43,588 bases of DNA, taken from a bacterium (GTDB taxonomy: Bacteria > Margulisbacteria > Marinamargulisbacteria > GCA-2716485 > GCA-002719695). The position numbers and the translations under genes were made by a program. The DNA is taken from NCBI GenBank assembly GCA_002719695.1, contig PBEQ01000008.1, positions 14,725-58,312 on the forward strand, written 5' to 3'. This document shows positions 1 through 10,100 of this stretch, one piece after another. Numbering within the stretch: position 1 is the stretch's first letter; each line of letters begins with the position of its first letter. Below the pieces are notes generated by a model. That model ran no database searches, was not told the origin of the DNA, and saw nothing but the letters and a program-made list of their open reading frames with translations.

Positions 1-656
1 GTTATAAATTTTTGATTTGCTTTTCGTAATGCTGTTTCAGGATTAATGTTTTCTTTTCGTAAAACATTTATAATTGCAAATAATAAATCACCAGCTTCTT
101 CTTCTAATGATTCTTGGTTATTTTTTTTGTTTAATTCATGGCTAAATTCATGTATCTCTTCAGAAACTTTTTTTATTGCATCTGTTGTTTTATCCCAATC
201 AAATCCATCTTTGGCAGCTCTTTTTTGGATTTTTTCAGCTTTTATTAAGGCTGGTAAGGGAGGGATGTTATCTAATTGAGATTGACGTGGTTTTTCTTTT
301 TCCTTAATGTCATCCCATTGTTTGAGTACCTCATCAGCCGTATTTAATGTGGTTTTGTTAAAGACATGGGGATGTCTGGCTATCATTTTTTGATTAACAG
401 TTTCAGCAATTGTTTGGATAGAAAATGTTTTGGTTTCATTGGCAATGGTAGCGATCATTATGACTTGGAGTAATACATCTCCTGCTTCTTCAATAATGTT
501 TTCAGTCATATTTGTTTCAATAGCCTCTACTAATTCATAACATTCTTCAATGATACATGGTATTAAACTTTTAAAGGATTGTTCTCTATCCCATGGGCAT
601 CCTTGAGGTGACCGAAGAATATCAACGGTTTCAATGAGTTGATCTAAATGAGTCAT
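1..656 (-). CDS. mazG: MazG nucleoside triphosphate pyrophosphohydrolase, 3' end runs off the window
   Basis: Not in the ORF track. Manual minus-strand translation from ATG at 656 gives MTHLDQLIETVDILRSPQGCPWDREQ...IEECYELVEAI...EEAGDVLLQV...KMIARHPHVF...GFDW...EEEAGDLLF, the two-domain MazG motifs. The start overlaps the sepF stop (TAATG). Confidence 0.95.
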   Translation of the reverse strand, partial: MTHLDQLIETVDILRSPQGCPWDREQSFKSLIPCIIEECYELVEAIETNMTENIIEEAGDVLLQVIMIATIANETKTFSIQTIAETVNQKMIARHPHVFNKTTLNTADEVLKQWDDIKEKEKPRQSQLDNIPPLPALIKAEKIQKRAAKDGFDWDKTTDAIKKVSEEIHEFSHELNKKNNQESLEEEAGDLLFAIINVLRKENINPETALRKANQKFI

Positions 657-1096
657 TAATTAGCCGCAGCTTCTTTATATAAAAGTTCTCTTTCTATGGG
701 GTTTTCTGTAAATGATGATTCTTCATCAGAGTTTGTGATTAAGATATTCGCTGGTGTAAATAAAAATATATTTTCACCTAATTTCATCATATGGCCATTG
801 ATTGCGTAAGCGGTTCCACATACAAAATCAATTAATCGTTTGCTTGCATCATTGTCTAAAAACTTTAAATTAATAATGACTGGTTTAGAATCTCTAAGAT
901 AAGAGGCGATATTAAGTGAGTCTTCATAAATTCGGGGTTCTAATACTTTGATTTCAGATGCAGCAAATGGTCTTGACGATTTTGAGTTTATAATAGACCC
1001 TTTAAATGGTTTTTGCTCGATAGGTTTTTGAATTCCAGATTCATCTGGTTCTGAGAATCCAAAAAATTGTTTTAGATCGTTAATCATTGATCCCAT
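656..1096 (-). CDS. sepF: Cell division protein SepF
   Basis: EIKVLEPRIYED...LRDSKPVIINL...KRLIDFVCGTAYAINGHMMKLGENIFLFTP matches SepF. Start placed at ATG 1096 (MGSMIND) because AAGGAG lies just upstream. Follows yggS, the usual gene order. Confidence 0.92.
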   Translation of the reverse strand: MGSMINDLKQFFGFSEPDESGIQKPIEQKPFKGSIINSKSSRPFAASEIKVLEPRIYEDSLNIASYLRDSKPVIINLKFLDNDASKRLIDFVCGTAYAINGHMMKLGENIFLFTPANILITNSDEESSFTENPIERELLYKEAAAN

Positions 1097-1106
1097 GTGT
1101 ATCTCC

Positions 1107-1793
1107 TTATTTTTGAAACAGCATTCGTCCAATACGTATCATTGTCGAACCTTCTTCAATGGCTAATTTATAATCTTGGCTCATGCCCATGCTTAATTCA
1201 CTTGCTTTAGGTAAGTTAGGTGCTGATTTATATAAATTATAAGCATTTTTAAACATATTTTTTGTTATTTCCTTATTTTCTGATAGTGGAACTATAATCA
1301 TTATACCTTTAATTATTACATTTGGAAAAGTAAATAATTGTTTGTTTAAGCTGACAAAATCATGCTCAGAAAACCCAAATTTTTTGGGATCATTAGCAAT
1401 ATTAATTTGAATATAGCAAATGGTTTTTTTGTTTAGTTCTTTTGATATCGAATTTATTTTTTCTAATAAGGAGATACTATCTACAGATTGAATAACATCA
1501 AAGTGTTGGATTGCTTTTTTAACTTTATTACGCTGCAGATGCCCAATAAAATGCCATTCAATATCAGCTAGGTGCTGGAGGTTAGAAATTTTTTCTATAC
1601 CATCTTGGATTTTATTTTCACCAAAAATTCTAAATCCTTGGTCATATAGTTTTTCAATTTGGTTAGATGATGCATACTTTGATGCTACACAGACTCTGAT
1701 AGGGGCCTTGTTTGGCACTTTATCATGCATAGATTTTAGAGTGGCCAGTAATAGCTGAGATTGGTCTTTGATAATATTTTCGTTTGTTTTCAT
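1107..1793 (-). CDS. yggS: YggS/PROSC-family pyridoxal-phosphate homeostasis protein
   Basis: VASKY, FGENKIQD, WHFIGHLQRNKVK, IQSVDS, LSMGMSQDY and EGSTMIRIG motifs. Confidence 0.96.
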   Translation of the reverse strand: MKTNENIIKDQSQLLLATLKSMHDKVPNKAPIRVCVASKYASSNQIEKLYDQGFRIFGENKIQDGIEKISNLQHLADIEWHFIGHLQRNKVKKAIQHFDVIQSVDSISLLEKINSISKELNKKTICYIQINIANDPKKFGFSEHDFVSLNKQLFTFPNVIIKGIMIIVPLSENKEITKNMFKNAYNLYKSAPNLPKASELSMGMSQDYKLAIEEGSTMIRIGRMLFQK

Positions 1794-1843
1794 TGTTTAG
1801 GTATTGTATCGTAATTATGTCTATCAGAAAAAGAGTTGTTACT

Positions 1844-2452
1844 ATGTCGATTCATTTAGAAAAAAAAACCTGTTTTATTTTATTTATTAGTTGTGTTTTT
1901 TTAGTAATAGGGTTGCTATTGGTAGTAGCATTAAATATGAAGACAGTGCTTGTCTATGAGTCACCGTCTATTCCTGCTCAAGTGGATGCTGTTGTTGTTT
2001 TAGCAGGAGGGACTGGTAATCGTGTTAAAAAGGCTGTATCCGTTTTAAAAAACTATCGCCCTTACTACCTTATTATGACAGGAAGTCCTTTTTATCATAT
2101 TTCAACCCCTCGTTTAATGGGTGAGTATGCCAAGAAATTACAAGCGAATTTACCATTAATTATTTATGAAGAGCAGTCTTATTCTACGTATGATCATATA
2201 AAGTATTTGCCAGCTATATTTGATCGCTATCAGATTCGTACGGTTTTAGTTGTTACATCGTATTATCATACGGCCAGAACGTATTTAATGTTTAATCGTT
2301 ATATTAAAAAATTTGACTTAGATTATGATATTTATGTGCTTGGTTCTGAGGATAATGTTAGTTATTCACATTGGTGGAAAGATCATGAAATGATCGAAAG
2401 GGTTGGTTTAGAATTGATAAAGCGCCTCTATTATTTTTTGTTATTGCCATAG
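1844..2452 (+). CDS. YdcF/ElyC/SanA-like DUF218 envelope protein
   Basis: N-terminal TM helix, then DAVVVLAGG, EEQSYSTYD and VVTSYYHTAR. Start uncertain: the track start at 1784 overlaps yggS head-to-head, so ATG 1817 or 1844 is more plausible. Confidence 0.85.
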   Translation: MSIHLEKKTCFILFISCVFLVIGLLLVVALNMKTVLVYESPSIPAQVDAVVVLAGGTGNRVKKAVSVLKNYRPYYLIMTGSPFYHISTPRLMGEYAKKLQANLPLIIYEEQSYSTYDHIKYLPAIFDRYQIRTVLVVTSYYHTARTYLMFNRYIKKFDLDYDIYVLGSEDNVSYSHWWKDHEMIERVGLELIKRLYYFLLLP

Positions 2453-2547
2453 TTTTTTAATTTTAATTTTTTTATTTGAAATTATTTTTTGAAATTTTTT
2501 TATAAATAATATCTATTAGAGTGTACAAGTTTCGCATTTGATTAGCC

Positions 2548-3201
2548 GTGTATACTAATGTGAAACAGCTACAAGTTTATTTAAATAAGGCTCGATTTGG
2601 AATATTTGTATTATTTATATGGATGTTTTTATATAATGGGTATAGTTTTTCAGAAACATCTAATACATTGATAGATATTAGCAATTCTAGTCAATATAGT
2701 TTATCTATCCTCAAAGATATTTCAAATGGATTAACGGATTTTTTTGGTATTATTAATAGAAAAGTTGGAAGTAAGGCAACAAATATTAATAATAAAGACA
2801 ACAAACTCGTTATTTTATCTATGAGCTTTAATCAATTGTCATCATCTCCAAATAGTTTGGGTAATATTATTGATCCCGATGAAGATGTTGAACCTGCTGT
2901 AACAAGTAAGCCCTTGGTATATCCAAACCCATTTAGACAATCAACACAGAATGGTGCTATTTTGTCATATGATTTGTCTAAAGATTTTTCATTTGAAATT
3001 CATATCTATAATATGTTGTCACAGCGCGTGTTTAAGCAAACATTTCAGGAGGGTGGCCCTGGCGCTAGAAAAGGAGCGAATAGATTGCAGATTAATCAAG
3101 AATCATTAGGGGGTTATTTATTATCATCAGGTGTTTATTTTTATGTGTTTGTTCATAATCAAGATGTGTTAGCAAAAGGTAAAATGGTGGTGAAACCATG
3201 A
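2548..3201 (+). CDS. Exported protein with C-terminal T9SS-sorting-domain-like / FlgD-like Ig domain
   Basis: Hydrophobic N-terminal signal-like segment. C-terminal ~100 aa read LVYPNPF...LSYDL...IHIYNMLSQRV...LSSGVYFY...KGKMVV, resembling the type A T9SS CTD pattern. Confidence 0.7.
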   Translation: MYTNVKQLQVYLNKARFGIFVLFIWMFLYNGYSFSETSNTLIDISNSSQYSLSILKDISNGLTDFFGIINRKVGSKATNINNKDNKLVILSMSFNQLSSSPNSLGNIIDPDEDVEPAVTSKPLVYPNPFRQSTQNGAILSYDLSKDFSFEIHIYNMLSQRVFKQTFQEGGPGARKGANRLQINQESLGGYLLSSGVYFYVFVHNQDVLAKGKMVVKP

Positions 3202-4178
3202 TTAAATTAAGATTATATATAATACTTTTATTGTGTATGTTTTGTGTGTCTTCAAATGAGGCATTTGAAACATATTACTTTTCTCCAGATAGTGTGGGTT
3301 CTTCTGCAAGATCGATTCGATTAGGCGGTGTTGAAGGGATGAGTTCACACGCTGATTCTGTATTTGAAAATCCAGCTGCATTGTATCGAATCAAGCGGTT
3401 TTCAAGTTCTTTTTTTCAAACTGAGTTTATGGAAGAGGTTGTGTATCAAAATGTTGCATTTGCAACGCGAACGTCATTTGGCGTTTTTGGGGTTGGTTTT
3501 TTTAATGTTGGTGTTGATAACATTCCTAAAACAGATAAAATCGAGTATGAGGATTATACAGATTATTTTGTGAGATATTATTTTAACTATCAAAACTCTT
3601 TGCTAAAAGGATCGTATCAATATTCTGTATCAGATTATATTCATATTGGCGTTTCTGGTTCTTATTTTTTTAATGATTTTGATACAGTTCGTGGAAGTGG
3701 TTATAACGGTGATTTTGGACTTTTGCTAGATCTTGGCCGATTTGAATTTTCTATGTTAATTCGTAATTTAATTTCATCTAACGAAGTTTTGTACACGGAT
3801 TCGGAAGTTGGTGATAATAGTAGTGATGGAATTACAGAAAAGCTTTCCATTCAAAACATTTATTCGGTAAACTATAAATTAAGGAACTTCACAATGTATG
3901 GTCAATTTAAAACAGTTGGGGAGCAACGAGAGTTGCATAATACGCTTGGATTACAGTTTAATCCACGATTTTTACCTTTTTTAAAAGGATCTGTGGCTTA
4001 TAAACAATATCCTCTTGTTGCTTATGAGGAAGGTGATTTAGCAATGCAAGATAAAAACTCTTTGGTTTTTGGATTAGAACTTAATTTATCAGGTTTGCAT
4101 TTTAATTATGCTTATGAGAGAAGCGATCATATTCAATTTGAACATAAAAATTATTTTTCAGTGGGGTTATCGTTTTAA
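3198..4178 (+). CDS. Outer-membrane beta-barrel, PorV/PorQ-like (FadL/UPF0164 superfamily)
   Basis: Signal peptide, N-terminal GSSARSIRLGG...ADSVFENPAAL plug motif, amphipathic beta strands and a terminal Phe (SVGLSF). ATGA overlap with the upstream gene. Confidence 0.75.
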   Translation: MIKLRLYIILLLCMFCVSSNEAFETYYFSPDSVGSSARSIRLGGVEGMSSHADSVFENPAALYRIKRFSSSFFQTEFMEEVVYQNVAFATRTSFGVFGVGFFNVGVDNIPKTDKIEYEDYTDYFVRYYFNYQNSLLKGSYQYSVSDYIHIGVSGSYFFNDFDTVRGSGYNGDFGLLLDLGRFEFSMLIRNLISSNEVLYTDSEVGDNSSDGITEKLSIQNIYSVNYKLRNFTMYGQFKTVGEQRELHNTLGLQFNPRFLPFLKGSVAYKQYPLVAYEEGDLAMQDKNSLVFGLELNLSGLHFNYAYERSDHIQFEHKNYFSVGLSF

Positions 4179-4193
4179 TGACATGTTAAAAAA

Positions 4194-7100
4194 ATGTGGG
4201 TATTTATGACATTAGAAATTAGAAAATATTTAATCTTGATTTTCTTATTTATCACAACAGGGTTGTACGCTGGGTATAATGACATGGTTCTTACTCCTTA
4301 TTTGTATGATCATCTTAAACAAGAGCCTTATAATGGTAATTTTGATATTAGAGTAGGCTTTGTAACTGCTAATTATTATAAGAATATGTTTATTTGTCCT
4401 TATTCAGAATCGGATTCTTCTGAATGTCACTTAATCAATGCAACTGTTAATAATGGGCAGACTGTATTAAAACTTGAAAACATGGACGATCTAGATGCTC
4501 TAATTACTGCCAATCTGCAACTTAAATTAAAACTTGATAGTGGTGTTTCAATTATCCCAGAGGATGATAATTATCTTTTTAATTCATCGGCTTTTAGCAT
4601 CTTGAGCTATAAAACTGACTATGTTCAATTTCCTCAAGCTGAAAAGTTAGTTTCTTCATCTAGCTTTGTTAATCCTGTATTAGTTGAATCGGATGTTGAT
4701 TTTGGTTGGATGTTGTTTTCTAAAACAGCTCCTTATCTAGGAAAAAGAGATAGTGCTCAAAATGTTATGGTTGATGTGGCTACTATTAATGTTAAAGAAA
4801 ATTTATATGTAAATGGTCAGCCAATAGGAGAGAGTTTTTTATGGAAAACAAGTAATAAAGGAAGGATTTATGTTGAAACTGGTGTTGATTTAGCGATTAA
4901 GAAATTTTCTGATGGTGTGCCTGTTGGGGAGCCATTATATAGCGTTCAAGTTGTTGGTTCTATTGCTGCAAATGAGTTTTTTCAATCGGATAGTCCTTTT
5001 ACACTTTTTTCAGATTGGGTTACTCGTGATGCTCGTCCAGAGTATTTAGAGCCAGTAAATACCGAAGTTATGTATTTTGAAAAAGTTACACAAAATATTG
5101 GTTTTGGAGTGGCAGATCTCAAAGATAGATTAAATTCAAATGGCATATTATTAACAGGTAATATTAACACTAATACAGTTACATCTGGATCGGTCTTTTT
5201 TAAGAATAATGAATTTTTTGGTGTTAAACATCAAGCTGGTAGCAATGAAATTGTAACGTTTAATCCTATTCAATCAAATGGAAGTGAAAATCAGTTAGCC
5301 TTTTTTAATGATGCTAATAATATTAGCAGTGATCCGAGAGCAAAAATACAGACTAATTCTAATTCGACTGTAACATTATTTGATACGGAACGTTTTTTTC
5401 GTTTAACAGATTCTTTTGCTGTTGTATCTTCAAAAAATAATTATTTGTTTGGTATTAATTTTGATCAAGGAAATGTTGTTATTTCAAAAAATACTGATTT
5501 TGGATATAAACTGGGTGTTAATGGAAAAATTGATGCCAAAGATTATTATTTGCGTGGGTTTCCAATATCTATGCAAATGGCTTCAGGGGAATATTTTTAT
5601 CGAAATTTAGCTGTTTCTACAGAGGATAATTATAAAATTTATTATGATAGAGGTCATATTGCATTGGGTGCTTTTGAGTCTATGGATTCGCGATCTAGTT
5701 TAGAAATTGGAACTCCATTAAGGGAAGATAATCAGGTTCCAATCAATCCAGCTTTGTCTTTTACAAAAAGAGCTCAAGGTTCAGGAGATGATACTGGTTA
5801 CTCTTTGGGTATTAATAGCTCATATAATGATCAATTTTTTTTAGTTAATGGGTATGATTTAAATGTTAATGATCCGTTGTTATCTATTAAGAAAAATTAT
5901 TTAGGAATGGGTATCGTTGAGGCCAAGGCTAATTTACATGTTTCTGGAAATGCAGGAGTATTAATTCAAGGCCAGTTACGGTTTTTTGATGATGTATATC
6001 GTCAGGATGTCATCGATGCGTTTAATCAACCTGGGTCACAGCTTCAATTTAATCCGTATAGTGCTTCATTTAGATCAGGTATGTTTTTTGATTCTGAAAA
6101 TTATTTTACAAATGTCGGTGTTTTTTCTGCTGGTACGGGCTATTCTAACCAGGTTAGTGGCAACTTAGCTGCTGCTTTAGGTGGTGCTAGTCAGCGTGTT
6201 GCAGGTTTTTATTCAACGGCTATGGGTGGGACTTCCAATGATATTCTTTCGGGATTTTCGTTTTCAGGTGGAAAAGGTTCTTATATTGATCATCATGGAT
6301 CATTTGTTTTTTCTCATAGTGGGTTTTTGCCGGTTGGTGTAACAAGTATTTCTCAAGATGACCGTTTAAAAACTACTGATACAAGACAGTTTCTAATTGG
6401 AACACCTCAAAACTCGTTTGCGCCTGCTTATTTAGGGATAAATACTAATAATGCTTATGGATTAGCGACGATTAAAGCACGATCTATTGTTCCCAGTGTT
6501 TTTGAGGAAATGTTATCGTTATCTTCAAGTAATGCAACTATTTTAGTTAATGCCTTAAAAGATGAAAAATTTATTGATTCAGATGGTGATTTATTGGTGT
6601 ATAAAGATCGCTATTTTACACAATATTTTTCGGCAAATGACTTGCCTATTATTGCTAGTATTAACTCGGTTCAGGTTTATCAAAACCTTGTAGCCACTTT
6701 AAATAACAATAACCACAATTATTGGAATTCTAACAATGCTATTACGAGTACTAATTTGAGAGAATGGGCGCTTGTTCCAACAGGTAATTGGGATGACTTA
6801 TTTATGCCCGTTTTAGATGGGAATTCATCTACTCCCGTATTTAATAATAATGCTAACGTGGGAATTAGGTTTCATACATTATTTGTGAGTAAAAATGTTT
6901 CTAAGACAGCTGAAAAATTTAATGATGCTCTTAAAACTATAGGTATCTATGATGAGAATTCATCATTTAAGCAGTGTGGTAATTATGGAACGTGGTCTAC
7001 ATCTACTATTACTAGTGATATTATTGAGGGATATGTTGATACCATAGATTCTGTCCTTTCTAATGAATTAGAAAGCTTTACTAATATAACGACAACCAAT

Positions 7101-10100
7101 GTAAAAGATTTTATGGTGGAAGAATTAGATAAAGAGGGTGTTGATTGTGATGCTTGGCAAGATTTATATATTACGATTGCCACTGTAAACAAGAAAATTT
7201 ATCAAAAGGATGTTGATGTTCCCAATTTTGAAGCATCATTTTGCGACGGAAGTGATACTTGGCAATGTCAATACACATATTATGCATATAGCAACTATTT
7301 AAGTTCAACCGTTTATAGTCAATTATTTGATGCTATTCGTAGTAATATCGATCGCTTTGTATTAGATTTAGATAGTGTTGCATCTGGATCTTATTTGCTT
7401 TCTGATTTGGATCAGGGATTTATAGATGATATCAGTTTTGATGGTAGTACTTCAATTACTAGTGTTGATGTACAAGCTGTTTTAGAAAAACTTTTAACAA
7501 CGAATATCGTATTATTGGAAGGTCAAAATCAAGATGCTGTTTTTCGTGTTCAAAATAATAATAGTATCAATTTAGGATTTGATGAATTTGTTAACAATGC
7601 AGATTTTGCGATTAGTGGTAATATTGCTATCGTTGAGCCTCGTGTTGAATCGTTTATTTCTACTCCATCTTTAATCAAAATAGATAATTTATATGATCCG
7701 TATTTTGATTATAGTTCCAACCAACCGTCATCGTATGCAGATTCTCTTTTAGTAAGAAAAGCGCCTCAATCACAAGTCCCTAGTCCTACGTTTGTAATTA
7801 ATTCAAAAGGTATCGTTGGTTTAGGAGAAGTTGTTTCAACAGATTCTTATTTTTTACAGGTATCAGGAGAACTTATGGCGACTGTTTTTACAACGCCAGC
7901 TGGAGATTTAACACCGCCTGATGATGTTGTTATTGTTTTTTTGCATGAAGATACAACCCCTAATATTTATTTTACTCAAGGATTTTTGGGTTTGGGTGTT
8001 GCTAGTCCAAATTCGTTGTTACATTTAGGCTATTCTTCTTTGCATACTCCGTCTGATCCTGTTCTAACATTTGATTATTTTAATGATGACATCATAAAAG
8101 TAGGTGGAGCAAGTTCTTCAAATCCAGGATTTAAAATAGGGTCTCCGGATTCTTTTTATACAGCCCCAGCTTTGTTTGTGTCTGGAAATCAGACGGGTGA
8201 TCCACAATTACCCGGGTTTTTTACAAGCCAAGCTGGTGTTATATCTGGAAATCTCGGAATTAGTTCTACTTTACAGGTAAATACCGATAATGTGATGGAG
8301 GCAGGATTTGCAAGTAATGAAATTAAAACAAATGTATTATTTTTAAAAAATGATAATAATCAGTTTGTAAAAGTTTCTGCATCAGGGTTTCCTTGGAATT
8401 TTGATATAGACAAACGCTTAATCTATTTAAATGATGGAACATTAATTGGTATTCATACGTCTTTTCCTCAATATGATTTAGATGTTAGTGGGAATTTAAA
8501 TTTTATAGGAAACGAACAAGCTTCTTTTAATGTTCTTAATAATGTTAGGTTACATGAATTATTCTTAACAACAAATGTAACTGATGATGTTACTAACATG
8601 AACTTGGCTTTTAAGGACACTGTTGTTGATAGTAAACTATTTGTTGAATCTCAAAATTTGATCTTAAAGTTTAATAATGTTGATTTTAATCAAACAAGTG
8701 ATATTACTGCTGGAGAGGGGTATTGTGGAGATTTTGTGATTTTTCAACAATTAACGGATGTTTACTCTTCTAAGTTTCACGATCCTGATCCTGATAATGG
8801 TATTCCCCCTTGCTTTGAAGGTCCAGATACTAATTATGAGGGTTATCCTACTTCAGAAGTGAATTTTAGTTTTGATTTTAGAGATGTTACTTATAACTTT
8901 TTTACGTATAATGACACTGCGAAAGATTGGGATTTAGCAACTTCTGGAAGAGTGACTGAGAATATGTCTATCTTGGAAATAACAGGAAATATTTTATTAG
9001 ATTTAGATAGCCCTACTGTTAATACTGATATTGTTTTTCCTAGTTCTGATTCAGAGAATGTTTTGTATTTCGGTAAGTCACAGGATACGTCTATCAGGCA
9101 TAAGGGTGATTATTGGGCGGATTCGTATTCGTTTTCAGCAGTATCTCTGAATGTTGTGATTACAAATAACAGTGGTAACGATTTTACTTCAGCAATTACA
9201 GGCATTGATATTCAAATAGATAATATTGACAGTACAGGTCAAACGAAGAGTTTAACAAATGGAACGGAAGTTGTAGGTTTGTATGTTGATGTTACAAATG
9301 TTAGTGTACAAGATTCAGGAGTTGATACGAGAGGGTATCGCTATCCTGCTGTGTTTATGGGGGATGTTTTAATGGCAACATCTAATGCCTTAACACATAT
9401 AACACGAAATATGGGGGTTTTAACAGGCCGTTTAGAAACAGAGACATCGTATAATTATTTATTAGCTGTTCAAGGTACTTTAAAAGCGGTTGGTCAGAAG
9501 GCTGATCTAATTATATCAGATGGTTTGTTTTCACCTTCGTTACAAGTTAATGCTGGTTTTATCAATGCTTTTAATGCCAATATTGATTCTAATAAAGCAA
9601 GGGTTGGCATTAATAAAACGAATCCACAAGTTGAGCTGGATATTGATGGAAATATTCGCGCTTCTTATTGGGAAGCAAATAAAGGGGCTCTTCGTTCTAA
9701 TTATTTGTCTCATTCAAACGATACGTTTATTGTTAATCAAAATGGATTTGTTGGATTTGGTGTTACTGAGCAAGCTGATAATGATGGAGATGTATTATTT
9801 TACAAATTATTTGATGAAACTTCATTAGCTAATTTATCCAATGCTTTTATTTATAAATCATATCAGTTAGATGTTACTAAAGATATTACTTTTAGTAACA
9901 ATGTTACGGGTTTAAGCTTAGCATTTCCAATGGAAGACGATAATTTCTTTGGTATGATGGATTCTAGCCAGGCAACAGCTGTATTAAAAGGTTTAGATGT
10001 TAATTTGAGCGATATATCTCTTACAAATAATGCACGGTTAATTGGTGTTAGTGTTAATGTTTTGGATAATAGTAATAGTTATGCTGCTGTATTTTTAAGT

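Noticed and set aside
46-279. 77-aa plus-strand ORF
   Set aside because: Antisense shadow of mazG, which has clear family motifs.
1097-1132. Longer sepF start (MDECCF...) given in the ORF track
   Set aside because: Overlaps the end of yggS. The AAGGAG RBS points to ATG 1096.
2453-2547. T-rich intergenic stretch as terminator, small RNA or phase-variable tract
   Set aside because: No GC-rich stem and only short T runs, typical for this AT-rich genome. Probably holds a promoter but none can be pinned down.
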